This document shows, one piece after another, positions 11,802-23,860 of a DNA stretch of 64,000 nucleotides (positions are counted from its first letter, which is position 1; each line of letters starts with the position of its first letter). The translations under genes were made by a program, and so were the position numbers. This DNA comes from Vicugna vicugna. Its lineage: Eukaryota. The stretch lies in the NCBI GenBank assembly GCA_013265495.1, contig MU058444.1, positions 1,240,001 through 1,304,000 on the forward strand, in the 5' to 3' direction. A model generated the notes under the pieces. That model was not told where the DNA came from. It saw only the letters and a list, made by a program, of their open reading frames with translations, and made no database searches.

Positions 11802-13774
11802 ACCTCTAATTTTTTTTTTTTTTTTTTTTGCGTATGGATTTTAATTGTGAGTGCCTACAACCTAGATTGCCAATAAAAATAAAATCTAATTTAAACTCTG
11901 TAAAAGTTTAGGGGAGAAGAAGATAATTTTCAACTGCACAAATAGTGAACTTACATACATCCAAAGGCATATTCTAAAATTGACCAGTCTTTCAGAAAAT
12001 CAAGGATTCATGCTCCAAAGGAAGGGAAATCTGCATTGGAAAACACACATTTGTCTACAGTGTAACTCTATGGTAAGTCTCCACCCTACTCTGCTGATTT
12101 TATTTGACTCTGGGTCACTTCTTGTCCATCTTGTAACTCTTACCAAAGCCTGGAAAACTCTTAAGTTGTAGCCTGGTTAGAAGTTTCTTTATTGACAGGA
12201 CAATAGTAAATGGTCAGAGATCAGAATTTAGGAGTCAGGGTTTCTACTAGCCTTGTTACTTTACCTGTTCTATTTTATAAAAATGAAAATGATAAAACCT
12301 GATATTATACAATTTGTGCACATCCATCTTCCAACATTAAAAAAAAAAAAAACTTCCTATTTGAAGGTCCCAGCTGCACCTTGCACCTGACTTCTTATAG
12401 TTCTGTATTCTTTCAAGTTTCCAATGAGAATTACTTCACTCTAAAAACCTACATTCCACATTTAAATAGAATAATAGAAATAGAATAAATAATAGAAATA
12501 GAATAACAGTGTCTTCATTTTTCCTTTTCTTTTAAAGGGAAGGGAGACAAAACCACTGCTGGATGTTTGAATTTAGGAATTTGTAGTATATCTCTCCTTT
12601 TTGATGATGGTCATGTGCCTTTTGCCTTAAGAACTGACATCCCTTATTTTCTGTCTATGGAAATACACTATCTTGGTTTTTAGATTTTCTTGTGTGTCCT
12701 CTGCATGTTATGTATATATGTTAGTTACAAAAAATAATTTTGTGTCTTTAAAAACGCACATTGGAAACTTACTAAGGAGTTTAATGAAGTTTAAAAAAAG
12801 TAAGCAAACCGACGAGATGGTTATTAACTAAGGTGTAATCTAATTCTGCTCGCGCTCCAGATGACCTCGGTTGAATGCCAGCCCTCTGCCAGTGCCGTCA
12901 CTCCAAACTGGATCCGCCTGTCCTTCTCATGAATGACCGGATCTTTCTCACCACTGTGAACGCTGCTCACCTCAACCAAAGGAAGCACCATCTCATCTAA
13001 ACCCCGTTACAGCACTCAGCCTTCTCTTACACGCGCTCTGCACTTTAATTTATGAAGAGGATATAGTGTGTTTATCATATCTCCATAATTTAAAAAAATA
13101 GAAAATCAGCTAATGCCATAGAAACAACTTCTTTCTTAAGTGACAATGAATTTATTACACATTTCCAAGACGTGGGTGTGGAGCCTGTCTGCACAGGATG
13201 CTCACCTGCCGGCCTGGCAGCATCAGGTTTCTCCTTGTCTCCTTCCCCACCTACCTTTGCTTTGGGGCCACACAGGGAGAGCGCAAAGTTGGCTGTCAAG
13301 GGGGAAGGGTGAATGGGCGGAGTGATGGTCCCAACGCCCCAGTGCAGCTCATTTTACGTTTGACGTACTCTGTTGAATTTCTACACAAAAAAATATTCTT
13401 TGAAGAAACTCATGGTTCTTAAATTTTTTTTTTTTTTGGAAACCACATTAGATGATTCCTTTCTAAACGCTAGTGTGAGTTTATGCCTATCTATCAATTT
13501 ATACTGAGATTCAAAAATGGCTGCATTTGGATAATTCAGTATTAATAAAATGAGTAATGTCAATCGTGCTAGTCCTTCTGATCTCAAATGCATCTTACCA
13601 CCCAGGCTAGACACACCATCATGATAATCAACTGATATTAATGAAATGGCTACAGTCATGCAAATAATGATGGCCCTGATCACATAAAGTTTGAAGAAGA
13701 TATCCTATGTATATTATTATAAGTGGTAAAGCAATATCTACGTAATCCATAAAGAGCTCTAACAATAGATGCTA

Positions 13775-13933
13775 AAAAAACAAATGAACTTATTTACAAA
13801 ACAGAAACAGACTCACAGACATAGAAAACAAATATGGTTACCCGCAGGGGAAGGAGGTGGGAAAGGATAAATTGGGCGTTTGAGATTTGCAGATACTAAT
13901 ATATATAAAATAGGTAAACAACAAGTTTAAAAA
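13775..13933 (+). mobile_element. L1 3'UTR fragment, truncated at both ends, about 45 bp from the exon-5 donor
   Basis: caaatgaacttatttacaaaacagaaacagactcacagacatagaaaacaaa...gagatttgcagatactaa; degenerate TSD aatagatgctaa / aataggtgttaa. Confidence 0.85.
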
Positions 13934-13980
13934 AATAGGTGTTAATTAACTAAATAGAATCTGTGGGATTTCATAGGTAC

Positions 13981-14129
13981 CCTCGTGCTGGAATATTCAT
14001 GTGCCTTGCAGACTTCACAACCTCCTCAAACCTCTCCATGCTTTCTTCAATTGAACAGTTGATATTTTTCTTGCTGAAGGATTCAGACGCAGCACCAAAA
14101 ACTGATATCTCAGTGGCTCCAGCAGCAAC
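13981..14129 (-). CDS. HMGCLL1: HMGCLL1 coding exon (approx. exon 5), 149 bp: [49 protein letters not shown](G)
   Basis: Lies within ORF 13971..14171(-). Acceptor tttttcag|GTT, donor GG|gtacct, phase 0/2, matching the phase of the next exon. Confidence 0.97.
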
Positions 14130-14280
14130 CTGAAAAATATAAATAAGGCAAAAGCTAATAATTTCAAGCATATAAATGGAGCAGCAGGAGAAATATTAAC
14201 TACTCTATAAAAGGATACTTGTATTCTTGAACATTTCCCTTAGAATTGAGACTTAGATTTCTCTCAACTTGCCACATACA

Positions 14281-14388
14281 CTCTCACCACTTCTATTCAG
14301 TATAGTCTTGGAAGTCCTAGCCATAGCAATCAGGCAAGAAAAAGAAACACAAGGGATCCAAATGGGAAGAGAAGAGGTAAAACCATCA
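14281..14388 (+). mobile_element. L1 ORF2 reverse-transcriptase fragment
   Basis: Translates to [34 protein letters not shown], matching the L1 RT segment just before the FADD motif. Confidence 0.88.
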
Positions 14389-15097
14389 TGAACACTCTTG
14401 AAATGTAAAAATATTTTCTAGTAACAGAGTAACTCCACAAACTACTACATTCATAAATCTATGAGGCACAAAAACACAATGATGATGCTCCAATTTAATT
14501 TTGCCTTTGCTCAGAGTTATCCTCGTAAATACTTTAACCCTAATTATAGAAAATACTAACACCCCAATAAAACCACTTAATATCTAAGGAATACATTATT
14601 TTTATACCAATTATGAAAATAAAAGGTAGTAAACACTTTGTTTTTCTTTTCTTCTTACAATCCAACAGAGAAATGTTTTTCCAAGTCATCATTTAGATTG
14701 TTCCCCAAATTTTATACCTCTCTCTTAACCCAGCTTCCATTGTTTCATACCTTGACCACTACAACCAAACTCCTGTGTGTCTAATCCTCTCGCCCGTCTT
14801 TAAATCCAAAATGTTGACTTAATCAATTATCTTTCTGCCTCTTTTGCCCTCTTCCCTCCTCCCTCTAGGCTTGCCCAGTGACTTGTTTTCAAAGGACAAG
14901 CCTCCCAGTTTTCCAGCTGGATTTTTAAGACTTTCTATTACCGTATCTCTAGCACAGTGTCTGGATTCCCCTTTCTCTCTGATACCCTATTCATACAATA
15001 AGAAAAAAAAAATCTATCATCTTTCCTCCAATGTTTAAAAAACAATTAGCTTCCACTTCTCCATCCAAAATAAATTTTTAGCCTCTCAAATTAAAAT

Positions 15098-15320
15098 CCT
15101 ATTTATTGAGCACCTACCAAGGGCCAGTGCTGTTGCCAGGGCTTCTCATGCCCTATTTCTAATCCACAAACAATCTTGTAAACTAAGTATTATTATGCTG
15201 ATCTTCAGATGAGAAAACGTGACCCAAAGAGGCTAAGCTGCTAGCAGGAGGTCCCAATGCGAGTAAAAGTTCTGGAGCTGTGTTTTGGATACAGGCTTGC
15301 CTGCCGAGCTCCCAAGCCAA
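15098..15320 (-). mobile_element. MIR SINE
   Basis: atttattgagcacctac...attattatgctgatcttcagatgagaaaacgtgacccaaagaggctaag, the MIR core in reverse orientation. Confidence 0.7.
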
Positions 15321-15412
15321 GATTTGTTTCATTACTTCCTATGATAGGGTGTCCTCTCATATCTTTCATTTCTTACTGTGTTATGAGCAGGTGATAGCAG
15401 TATTTACAATTT

Positions 15413-15550
15413 TTTAAATCTTTTTTTTTTAAGTGGGGTAATTGGGTTTTTTATATTTAGTTTTTGTTTTAATAGAGGTACTGGGGATTGAACGCAGGAC
15501 CTCGTGCACTCTAAGTACATACTCTACCACTGAGCTATACCCTCCTCCTC
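15413..15550 (-). mobile_element. tRNA-Ala-derived SINE (Vic-1-type) with TSD
   Basis: Reverse complement of gagggtatagctcagtggtagag...ttcaatccccagtacctc plus aattacc tail; perfect 13-bp TSD gtatttacaattt at 15400-15412 and 15551-15563. Confidence 0.92.
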
Positions 15551-16417
15551 GTATTTACAATTTCTTAAAAGACCTCTTTTTTTTCTTTATAGTGCAGTAA
15601 AAAATGCATCAACTCAAACAGCAGAAAAGTGATTTAACAAGATTCATCAATGAGCAGCCCCAACCCCAACTTCATGGAACACAGTCCCAAATACAAACGT
15701 GAAAAACATCCATTAACACCAGAAATTGCTGCTGTCAAACTTTTACAATGAAGTCATGTAAGCATAACACCTCAAGCCTTTACTTAAAACTGCACTGGTT
15801 CTTCTAGCATGTGTAAGTATTAAAGCTCTTTGGCTTCTAAATTCCTAAGTCACATAAAGATTGGGAGAAACAAGGCAGAAGACAAGCAAGGAGAGTTGTT
15901 AGAGGCAGTTCCAGTGACTGATTAGCTTCACGGAGATGGCGGGGACGACACCAGTGGGAAGCTGATCCCAAAAAGGAGACAAAAATAACTACCTGCTATT
16001 TTATAATATTAATGATTATAATACCTATTGAGAAATGTGTGTTATCTTTTGTATTTCTTTTTTAAGAGGGAAGAACAAAATACACTTGCAAAAGCACTTT
16101 ACCAAAATGGATAATTAATTGACGTATAGTCAGTTTACAATGTGTATATATATATATATACATTTTAAAAAATGGTTAGTTGTATTCCTGTGTTTTGATT
16201 GTTGAATGGTTAGGCTGGAAGAGCCACGTGTGTGGAGCATTTTAGTCCCCAGCAATGCCATGAGGTCACCCAACTCCACGAACCCATGTGAGTATATTAG
16301 TGGTAGCATTCACACAAGATAACAAGGGAGTCACGTATAACACCGTTTTCACTTCGTAAAGGTCTTTACAACACTAAGAAGCATATCAATGTTAGAAAAT
16401 TTTCATAGTATACTTAC

Positions 16418-16513
16418 AGCACGGTGGAAACCCTGAAGATTAGGAGTCAGGACAGGGTACCGGATTCCTGGATATTGACGAATGCCTTTCATCACTTCTG
16501 TGTGATCAGCCAT
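16418..16513 (-). CDS. HMGCLL1: HMGCLL1 coding exon (approx. exon 4), 96 bp: [32 protein letters not shown]
   Basis: Acceptor gtgtatttaag|ATG, donor GCT|gtaagt, phase 0/0. Contains the conserved [10 protein letters not shown] motif. Confidence 0.96.
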
Positions 16514-18235
16514 CTTAAATACACCATAGTTACAGAAAGAAATGTTACCTTAAGTATTCTGTCAAGCGTGTCTTTAGCTTTCCAGGAAGGTTATAATTAT
16601 GCATGCAACTATATTCTATAAATCAATGTTTGAAATAACAAAACCGTGCCAGTGTAGCTAGAGCTAAGGAGTTCTCAATGTCATAAACACATAATAACTC
16701 GATCTGGGTTTAACGTATTCACAGAACAGCATCTGGTTAAGTGCAGGATTACAGATAGTCAGGAATTCTGAACTCTGGTGTTTTCCCTTAACTGACCTCT
16801 CTTCGCCTCCTTTCATTTCACAGCCAAGCCTGCAACACCCCTGAGAGAGGGGGGAGTTTGGAAGGCAACAGGCTATGCCTTTTCCTTCCACATGAAAATT
16901 TTATGTCCAAATAATTTTCAACCTATGAAATTTTACAATGTTTAGTAAAATGTAAATTACACATATCCATTAGAATAATTGAACAAGTCAGATCCTATGA
17001 CATTATTGGTTTTAGTTAGTAATAGTCATAACACTTTATGTGGTTCTTTTATCAAATTACTCTTTGTCCTCATAACGTGAACAAATAAATACAACACAGC
17101 ACACTACAGGAAAAATTTAACTCATCCTGCCAAGACTTCTTTTTTCTATATTTTCTATGAATTTATTTTAAAAACCCACTTTGAATTAAAATCTCAAATT
17201 TACCAGTTTGCCACAAAGTCTATAATTTAGCCTCCTGGAGCAGTAACTGATAATCAAAACCCATAATCATCACACTGAGAGATTACCATTGACATAACCA
17301 TGAGCTTTGCAAACTGAAGAACAATAAATTATGCCATGAACAATAAATATAAGGAATAATATATAAGCAATGAAAAGTATATAAAATGAACATGGAGAAA
17401 GCTGTAAAAACATGTACCGAACCAACATTTGTATCTTTGTACGGGAGTGGCTGAGGAAAGACTTGTTTTGTTTTTTTTTTCTCTATACACCTTGGCTTGT
17501 TAAACTAAGCACAGTGTTTTTAGTTTAAGGTGAAATAAAAGTAAATTAAAGGATAAATGCTTTTCTTAATCCATTACACATTTTTTAAAATATGAAATGT
17601 TGCAGCATGTATGTACTCTTATCGGTCCATTGGTCTTTGTGACTCTGTTAGATGCCAGTAGAATTCAACTTAATAGTTTCAGTGAATATCATTTCAATGA
17701 ATTAAATGAATTTTTAATACATTTTAAGTTTAAAATTAAGTACTTAAGATGCAAAAAAAGCACCTGCCATCATGCCTCGCTGACATTTAAGTTTCTGTGT
17801 TTCATTCGACCCAGACACATTTAATTTTGACTAAAACGTGATTCTCACTCACTTATTTCTTAGGGATTACAGCCACCGTCCTCCATCCCAAAGCCACATC
17901 CTTTACAAAGATTATCCACCACAGTCATCTACGCTGCATGAAAGCCAAGTCTCCTTTGAGTCTAAGCGTATGTGACTTTAATCCAGAGGTTTATTGACCA
18001 TCTTCTATGTCTAACACCCTATGCTAAGCCCTGGGGGAAATAAAAATGCAGGAAAATAAAGTCCTTGCACTGAATGATTTGCAGTATAGTTGGGGAGATC
18101 AAATAGATGCATTTGAAAAGTCCACAACTCAATGAAACAGACTGAGAGAACAGCTTAAAGGGGTTCAGGGCGGGGAAAGGTACGCAGTGTACTGAAGTAT
18201 AACTATAACAGTCCAGGGAAGTGGAAATGAGCATA

Positions 18236-18786
18236 TGGGATACAGATTACAGTCCCCGAAATGGCCACAACAGTATTTCCAATCCCACATGCACTTTGAG
18301 AACCTCCATCCAGAAATGGACTGTCTTTTCCTTCCACTTGCCCCTGGGCAGGCTTGTGGGTGCTCTGACCAACAGAGCACACAGAAATAATACCGTGGGA
18401 CTTCCAGCGACTAGCTTAGGGAAAAAAAAGTACAGCTTCTATATGGCTTCCTTCTTGGGGGACGCCACCGTTGGAAAGTCAGCTGATTTGCTGTGAGAAG
18501 GACTGGCTTCAGCAGAGAGGCCACAGAAAGAGGCGCACGTGGAGAGACTCACGTGGAGGGGAAGTGAGACCCCCAGCCAACAGCCAACAGCCAACAGCAC
18601 CCCCTAAACTTGTGACTGAAGGAGCTTCAGATGACGTTAGCCTGTGGTCCCAGATATTGTGGACTAGAAAAACCTGGCCTGGATGCTGTCCAAATGCCAA
18701 CCCTAAGACTTCGTGAGCATGGCAAATGTTTATGTACACCACTACATCCTCAAGAGATTCATCACAAAGCCACAAAGGCTGACACA
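18236..18786 (+). mobile_element. MaLR solo LTR (MLT1-family) within L2-like sequence
   Basis: aaatggccacaa...ctgggcaggcttgtgggtgctctgaccaacagag...gagaggcgcacgtggagag..gagacccccagccaacagc are typical MLT1 motifs. Confidence 0.7.
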
Positions 18787-20940
18787 CTGAAAAGTCAACA
18801 GGGTTGGAAAAGAGGAAGGGGCGGGTGCAGCCGTAGGAAGGATTATTGGTAAATAATCTAGGAAGAGATTATAGATTAAGACAGGGCCACGCACTGTGAT
18901 GTGTCTTTGAGTTAGGAACTCAGGATTTATTGTGAAGACCTTAGAGAGCCAAAGAGTGGAGTGTTGAATTAGCAGAAGACTGGGACAGATGCAGTAGTTC
19001 AGAAAGTTAACCTAGGAGAGGTGCCGAGGGCAGTCTAGAGAGAAGAGACGCAATTCTCAGGCCATGCTGACAATCCAGATTGTGACAAGTTCCACTGGAG
19101 AGAAACAAATCTGGGAGTAGAGCTCCCAGAGAAAAACCAATAGGGCACAGTGGCTGGTATAAGGGAGAGGACTCCACTCAATGTGTAATCTTCACTGATT
19201 TATAGCTTCTTTTAAAACAGTTGCCATTTGTGCGTACTTCAACACAGGTTTGATTATAAATCTATGAATTTAGACTTTGTGCCTGAGGTTAGAGTGTGAG
19301 CTCTGTCTCTGTCTCTCTCTCCTCCTCACACATACACATGGATACACAAACATGCACTCACAAATTATCATAAAAAGTTTAGAGCACTTATTCCTAACTG
19401 CAATCAGAAAGAAAAGCCAAGTTACCACCAGTTTTAGGACACTGTAATGACATCTCAAATAACACTCTCTTACTAGAGAATAATGCTAATTGATACAACT
19501 AATACTTATGTCTAGCTGAATATAATATGTTTAAATATTTATGAGACACATTTACTGTAATAGGATAACAGAAATCAGGGAGAACTGCTTCTCTAACCAA
19601 CACACAGATGTGGATAAGCTCTGAAAGAATTATCCCAGCATGAAGGGGACAAGGCATATTTTAATCTTCAAGAAATATAGGTCATACTAACACAGAAGTG
19701 ATGATTTCACGCTATGTGTCATTTGACGAAAATTCTGAAACATGATGTAGAAATTTATGTAATGAAACAGTGACTTAATGGATGGTTCAATCAGTAGAAA
19801 TATAAAAGAAGAAGAAATGGGAGGAACCAAATTCCCAGGTCATGAAAGCTAAACTTTGATAATCATTGAAGATATCTTAATAAAATGATGATAAATACGT
19901 TCATTAGAATCCAACCAATCAGTACTTCCTTCTTTTAAAAAAAATAGCCACAGTATAATGAGGTTATTTAAGAAATAACAGTATTCTGTTTAAATTTGGT
20001 CAATAAAGACAATTATGTAAAGAGCTTTAGGAAACCATGATAGGATATAATTTTGTTACAGTGAAAAAAAGAGAGCAGGTTTCAATTAAAGGTACAAAAT
20101 CTCTGCTTTTTTCTAACTCTTAGGGAGTTTATGTTATACTTCCATCTTGATATTATTTTAATGTCTAAAGTTTAACTATTATTCAAACAATAACAGGACT
20201 ATCCCTTTACAGTTCTATTTTGGTATTTTAAGAAAACCTTTCTACATCTGGTTTGAATTAACATATATTTAAGATTCTGCTGTGACTTTTCATTTAAGAT
20301 CATAAAAATCCCCATTATTTGGTTGGTAACACGATTTGCCATCATCTGGCCATGATATGGGAACAGAAACACTTAGCTAACCAAACAGGCTGTACGTATC
20401 CTGGATGAATCAGTTTCGCAGGTATCCAAACACTGATATGGATTCAAATAATCACAATTTTAGAGCACAATCTGGAAGCATCTCAAAGATATGCAAAGGG
20501 TCACAAAATTTAGAATGTAAAAGGCATATACTTAGAGGTTTTATTTCACTTGCTACTAACTCCATCATGGGGTGATTATATATGGACACTCCACATTATA
20601 TGTATTTAGACATCTTACTAATGCTCTGTCATTATCTGAATAGTATACTATTATGCTTCTAGAGAGCAAAGGCATTAACTGAGTGAAAAGGCAGCCTACA
20701 GATTGGGAGAAAAAACTTGCAAGCCATATACCTGATAAATGGTTAATATCCAAAATGTATAAGGAATACCCTCAACTCAACAGCAAAAAAAAAAAAAAAA
20801 GATGATGACGATAATAACCCAGCCAAGAAATGGGCAAAGGACTTGACTTGTCTCCAAAGACAACACACAAATGGCTGAAAGACACACGAAAAAATGCTCA
20901 ACATCACTAATCATCAGGGAAATGCAATTTAAAACTCACA

Positions 20941-21068
20941 CTGTGATTGAAACAGTCAATATTTTATAATAATTATAAATGGAACACAACCTTTAAAACC
21001 TGTGATTCACTATGTTGTACAGCTGAAAGTTATATAATATTATACATCAACTATATCTCAAAAAAAAA
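20941..21068 (+). mobile_element. Short L1 3' end nested in the older L1
   Basis: gattcactatgttgtacagctgaaagttatataatattatacatcaactatatctc plus A-run, between aaaactcaca and aaaaccccaca. Confidence 0.65.
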
Positions 21069-21437
21069 CCCCACAATGTAACATTATCTCACACCTGTTA
21101 GGATGGCCAGCATAAAAACACACAAGATAACAAGCGCTGGTAAGGATGAGGAGAAAATGGAACGCCAGTGCGCTGTTTGTGGGAAAGCAAAATGGCACAG
21201 CTGCTACAGAAAACAGTACAGGGGCTCCTCCAAAAACTAAAAACAGAAATACCCTGCATTTCAGCAACCTCACTTCTGGGTATTTATCCAAAAGAACTGA
21301 AATAAGCATCTCGAAGAGATATTTGCATTTCTGTGTCCATCGCAGCATAATTTATTTTCCAATAGGACACAGAAACAGTCTAAGTGTCCATGGACAGATG
21401 AATGGTGCATGCAGACAACAGAACATCATTCAGCCTT

Positions 21438-22220
21438 TGATACATGCTGGCAACGGTGGGGAGAAATGGGGACCCACCTACACGGATGGGGAGAATGCAG
21501 TTTGGTGCAGCCATTATGGAAAACAGTATGGAGATTACTCAAAAGATTAAAAACAGACTTACCATATGATCCAGTAACCCCACTCCTGGGCATAATTAGA
21601 GGGAACTCTAATTCAAAAAGATACGTGTACCTCAACGTTCACAGCAGCACTATATACAAGAGCCAAGACATGGAAACAACCTAAATGTCCATTGACAGGT
21701 GACTAGATAAAGAAGTGGTGGTATCTTTATACAATGGAATACTACTCAGCCATAAAAAGAATAAAATAAAATTACTGCCATCTGCAGTAATATGAATGGA
21801 ACTAGAGCTTATCATTCTAAGTGAAGTCAGTCAGAAAGAGTAAGAAAAATACCATATGATGATATCACTCAGATGTGTAATCTAAAAAAAGGGGGGAAAG
21901 GACACTATGAACTCATCTACAAAACAGAAATAGACTTGCAGACACAGTAAACAACCTTATGGCTATGGGGGAAAGGGGGTAAATTTGGATAAACTTGGGA
22001 GTTTGAGATTTAAAATGTTAGCCACTATATATAAAATAGATTTTTTCAAAGTTTCTGCTGTATAGCACAGGGAACTATGTTCAATATCTTGTAATAATCT
22101 TTAATGAAAAAGAATATGAAAATGAATATATGTATATATATGTATGACTGAGACATGATGCTGTACACCAGAAATTGACACATTTTAACTGACGCTACTT
22201 AAATTTAAAAAAAAAAAAAA
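21438..22220 (+). mobile_element. Younger L1 3' fragment nested in the older L1, with TSD
   Basis: Encodes LVQPLWKTVWRLLKRLKTDLPYDPVTPLLGI (L1 ORF2 C-terminus), then 3'UTR and poly(A); perfect 13-bp TSD atcattcagcctt at 21425-21437 and 22225-22237. Confidence 0.93.
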
Positions 22221-22662
22221 GGATATCATTCAGCCTTAAAAAATGAAGGAAATTCTCCCATAGGCGACAACCTGGATGAACCTTGAGTACGCTATGCTAA
22301 GTGAAATAAGCCAGTCACAAAGGACAAAGCCTGAAGGAGTCCACTTATGACTTACATAAAACAGTCAAACACGCAGAAGCAGAGAGCAGAACAGTGGTTG
22401 TGAGAGCCTGGGGGTGGGGGTGGGGGAGCAATGGGTACAGTTTCAATAACGCAAGAGGATCAAGTTCTAGATCTGCTGTGTAATATTCTCTCTATGTCAT
22501 CAGTACTGTATACACTTAAAAATCTGTGAAGAGGGTAGACTTCATGTTAAATGTTCTTACCACAATTAATAAAGAGTATTATGAAGTAACCCCAGACACT
22601 TAATTGAATGTTTATAGTAATTCTTAATTTTAAGATATCAAAGTTTAATCTATCATCCAATC

Positions 22663-22833
22663 CAGTGTCTCCCAAACTGGATTTATCATCAAAATTATCT
22701 GTCGTTCTTTAACATGAATACAGATTTCTTGGACTCCTCTGCACCAATTCAGATTCTGTTCTGCTGAAGGACCCAGAAATCAGTTGTTCCCCAAACTCCT
22801 CGGGAGATGTTAGATGTCGAAGTCTGGGAATCA
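22663..22833. mobile_element. MER5-family hAT MITE
   Basis: Ends cagtgtctcccaaactgg and aagtctgggaatca; internal aatacagatttcttgg. Confidence 0.55.
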
Positions 22834-22941
22834 GAGTGGACTCAGTCACAAAGGCTGCCTTTGGGCTGGAGGGAGGCCAGATTGATGCATCTGAGCCCTC
22901 CACCCCTGCTTCAATATGGGAAGCCTCATTTTATTTTTATT

Positions 22942-23100
22942 CAGAGGTGACCCCAGGGTCTGTGGGTCTGGAATGATTGTAATTTGGGAGGGAGCCTTTT
23001 TAAGAAAAATAATTCAAAAGCATCTTACTTTTGTAAATGTTAGTAAAACACGTGACCAGGTAAGCACATTGCTAGGGCCCCTTCCAGGACCTTGGGAGGA
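22942..23100 (+). mobile_element. MER53-like MITE, partial
   Basis: cagaggtgaccccagggtctgtgggtctg...aatttgggagggagcctttttaagaaaa...ggaccttgggagg; similar to the copy at 1179. Confidence 0.5.
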
Positions 23101-23435
23101 ATCTCATATCAATATTTTATGGTCATGTTCCTGCCTGTGTCAAGTATCAGGGTTCTAAATAAAGTTACTTCCGGGGTGAAAAAAGTTCAACGGATTAAAA
23201 AAAAAATACAATTTTTGGAAACTACCAGTCTTGATGAAATTTCCAGCCTTGCTCTTAGCAACATCATCAAAGTGGTCAAGGACCTGTCTGAAACAAACAT
23301 CCATGGTACCTACAGTATTTCCTTCCTCATCACTCGAGAAATACCATCAGGAAACAAATGAGGTCAGTCTGGCGTGTCTTATTCTTGGTATATCCATAAT
23401 ATTTATGGGTGTATTTATTTTTACAAAGTCTCCAC

Positions 23436-23573
23436 TTTTTTGTTGTTGTTGTTGTTTTCTGGGGAGGTAATTCGTTTTATTTATTCATTTGAAAGAAGGT
23501 ACTGGGGATTGAACCCAGGACCTTGTACATGCTAAGCACGCCCTCCACCACTGAGCTATATCCCCACCCCCCC
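23436..23573 (-). mobile_element. tRNA-Ala-derived SINE (Vic-1-type) with TSD
   Basis: Reverse complement of tatagctcagtggtggagggcgtgcttagcatgtacaaggtcctgggttcaatccccagtac; TSD caaagtctc at 23424-23432 and 23577-23585. Confidence 0.92.
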
Positions 23574-23710
23574 ACTCAAAGTCTCTTCTTAATAAACCAT
23601 TTAAAATTTTGCCAGGAAATAAGTTTACACTCATGGACCTATAACCCTGATTCTCCTCTGCTCACTAATACACTCTGCTGAATAACTTTTTAAAAATACT
23701 TTTGAAGGAC

Positions 23711-23860
23711 AGGGAGGGTATAGCTCAGTGGTAGATTGCGTGCTTAGCATGCACAAGGTCCTGGGTTCAATCCCCAGTACTTTCTCTAAAAGTGAATAAA
23801 GAAATAAACGTAGTTACCTCCCTCCCCCACCTCAAAAAAATGTAAAATAAATAAATTAGA
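23711..23860 (+). mobile_element. tRNA-Ala-derived SINE (Vic-1-type) with TSD
   Basis: gggagggtatagctcagtggtaga...gggttcaatccccagtac with Pol III A and B boxes, A-rich tail, and ttttgaagga repeated on both flanks. Confidence 0.93.

Larger units (their letters stand above)
20665..22572 (+). mobile_element. Older L1 (ORF2 end plus 3'UTR) interrupted by two younger L1 insertions
   Basis: gagtgaaaaggcagcctacagattgggagaaaa...atcactaatcatcagggaaatgcaa... resumes at 22225 with atcattcagccttaaaaaatgaaggaaattc and ends near gttcttaccacaattaataaa. Confidence 0.85.

Noticed and set aside
12466..12506. atagaataatagaaatagaataa tandem duplication
   Set aside because: Short AT-rich slippage repeat with no unique spacers; not an array of functional interest.
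23711..23785. tRNA-Ala(AGC)-like sequences here and at 11730, 15475, 23495, 32980 and 50936
   Set aside because: All carry SINE-type tails or poly(A), several have TSDs, and stems are mutated; they are SINE heads, not tRNA genes.
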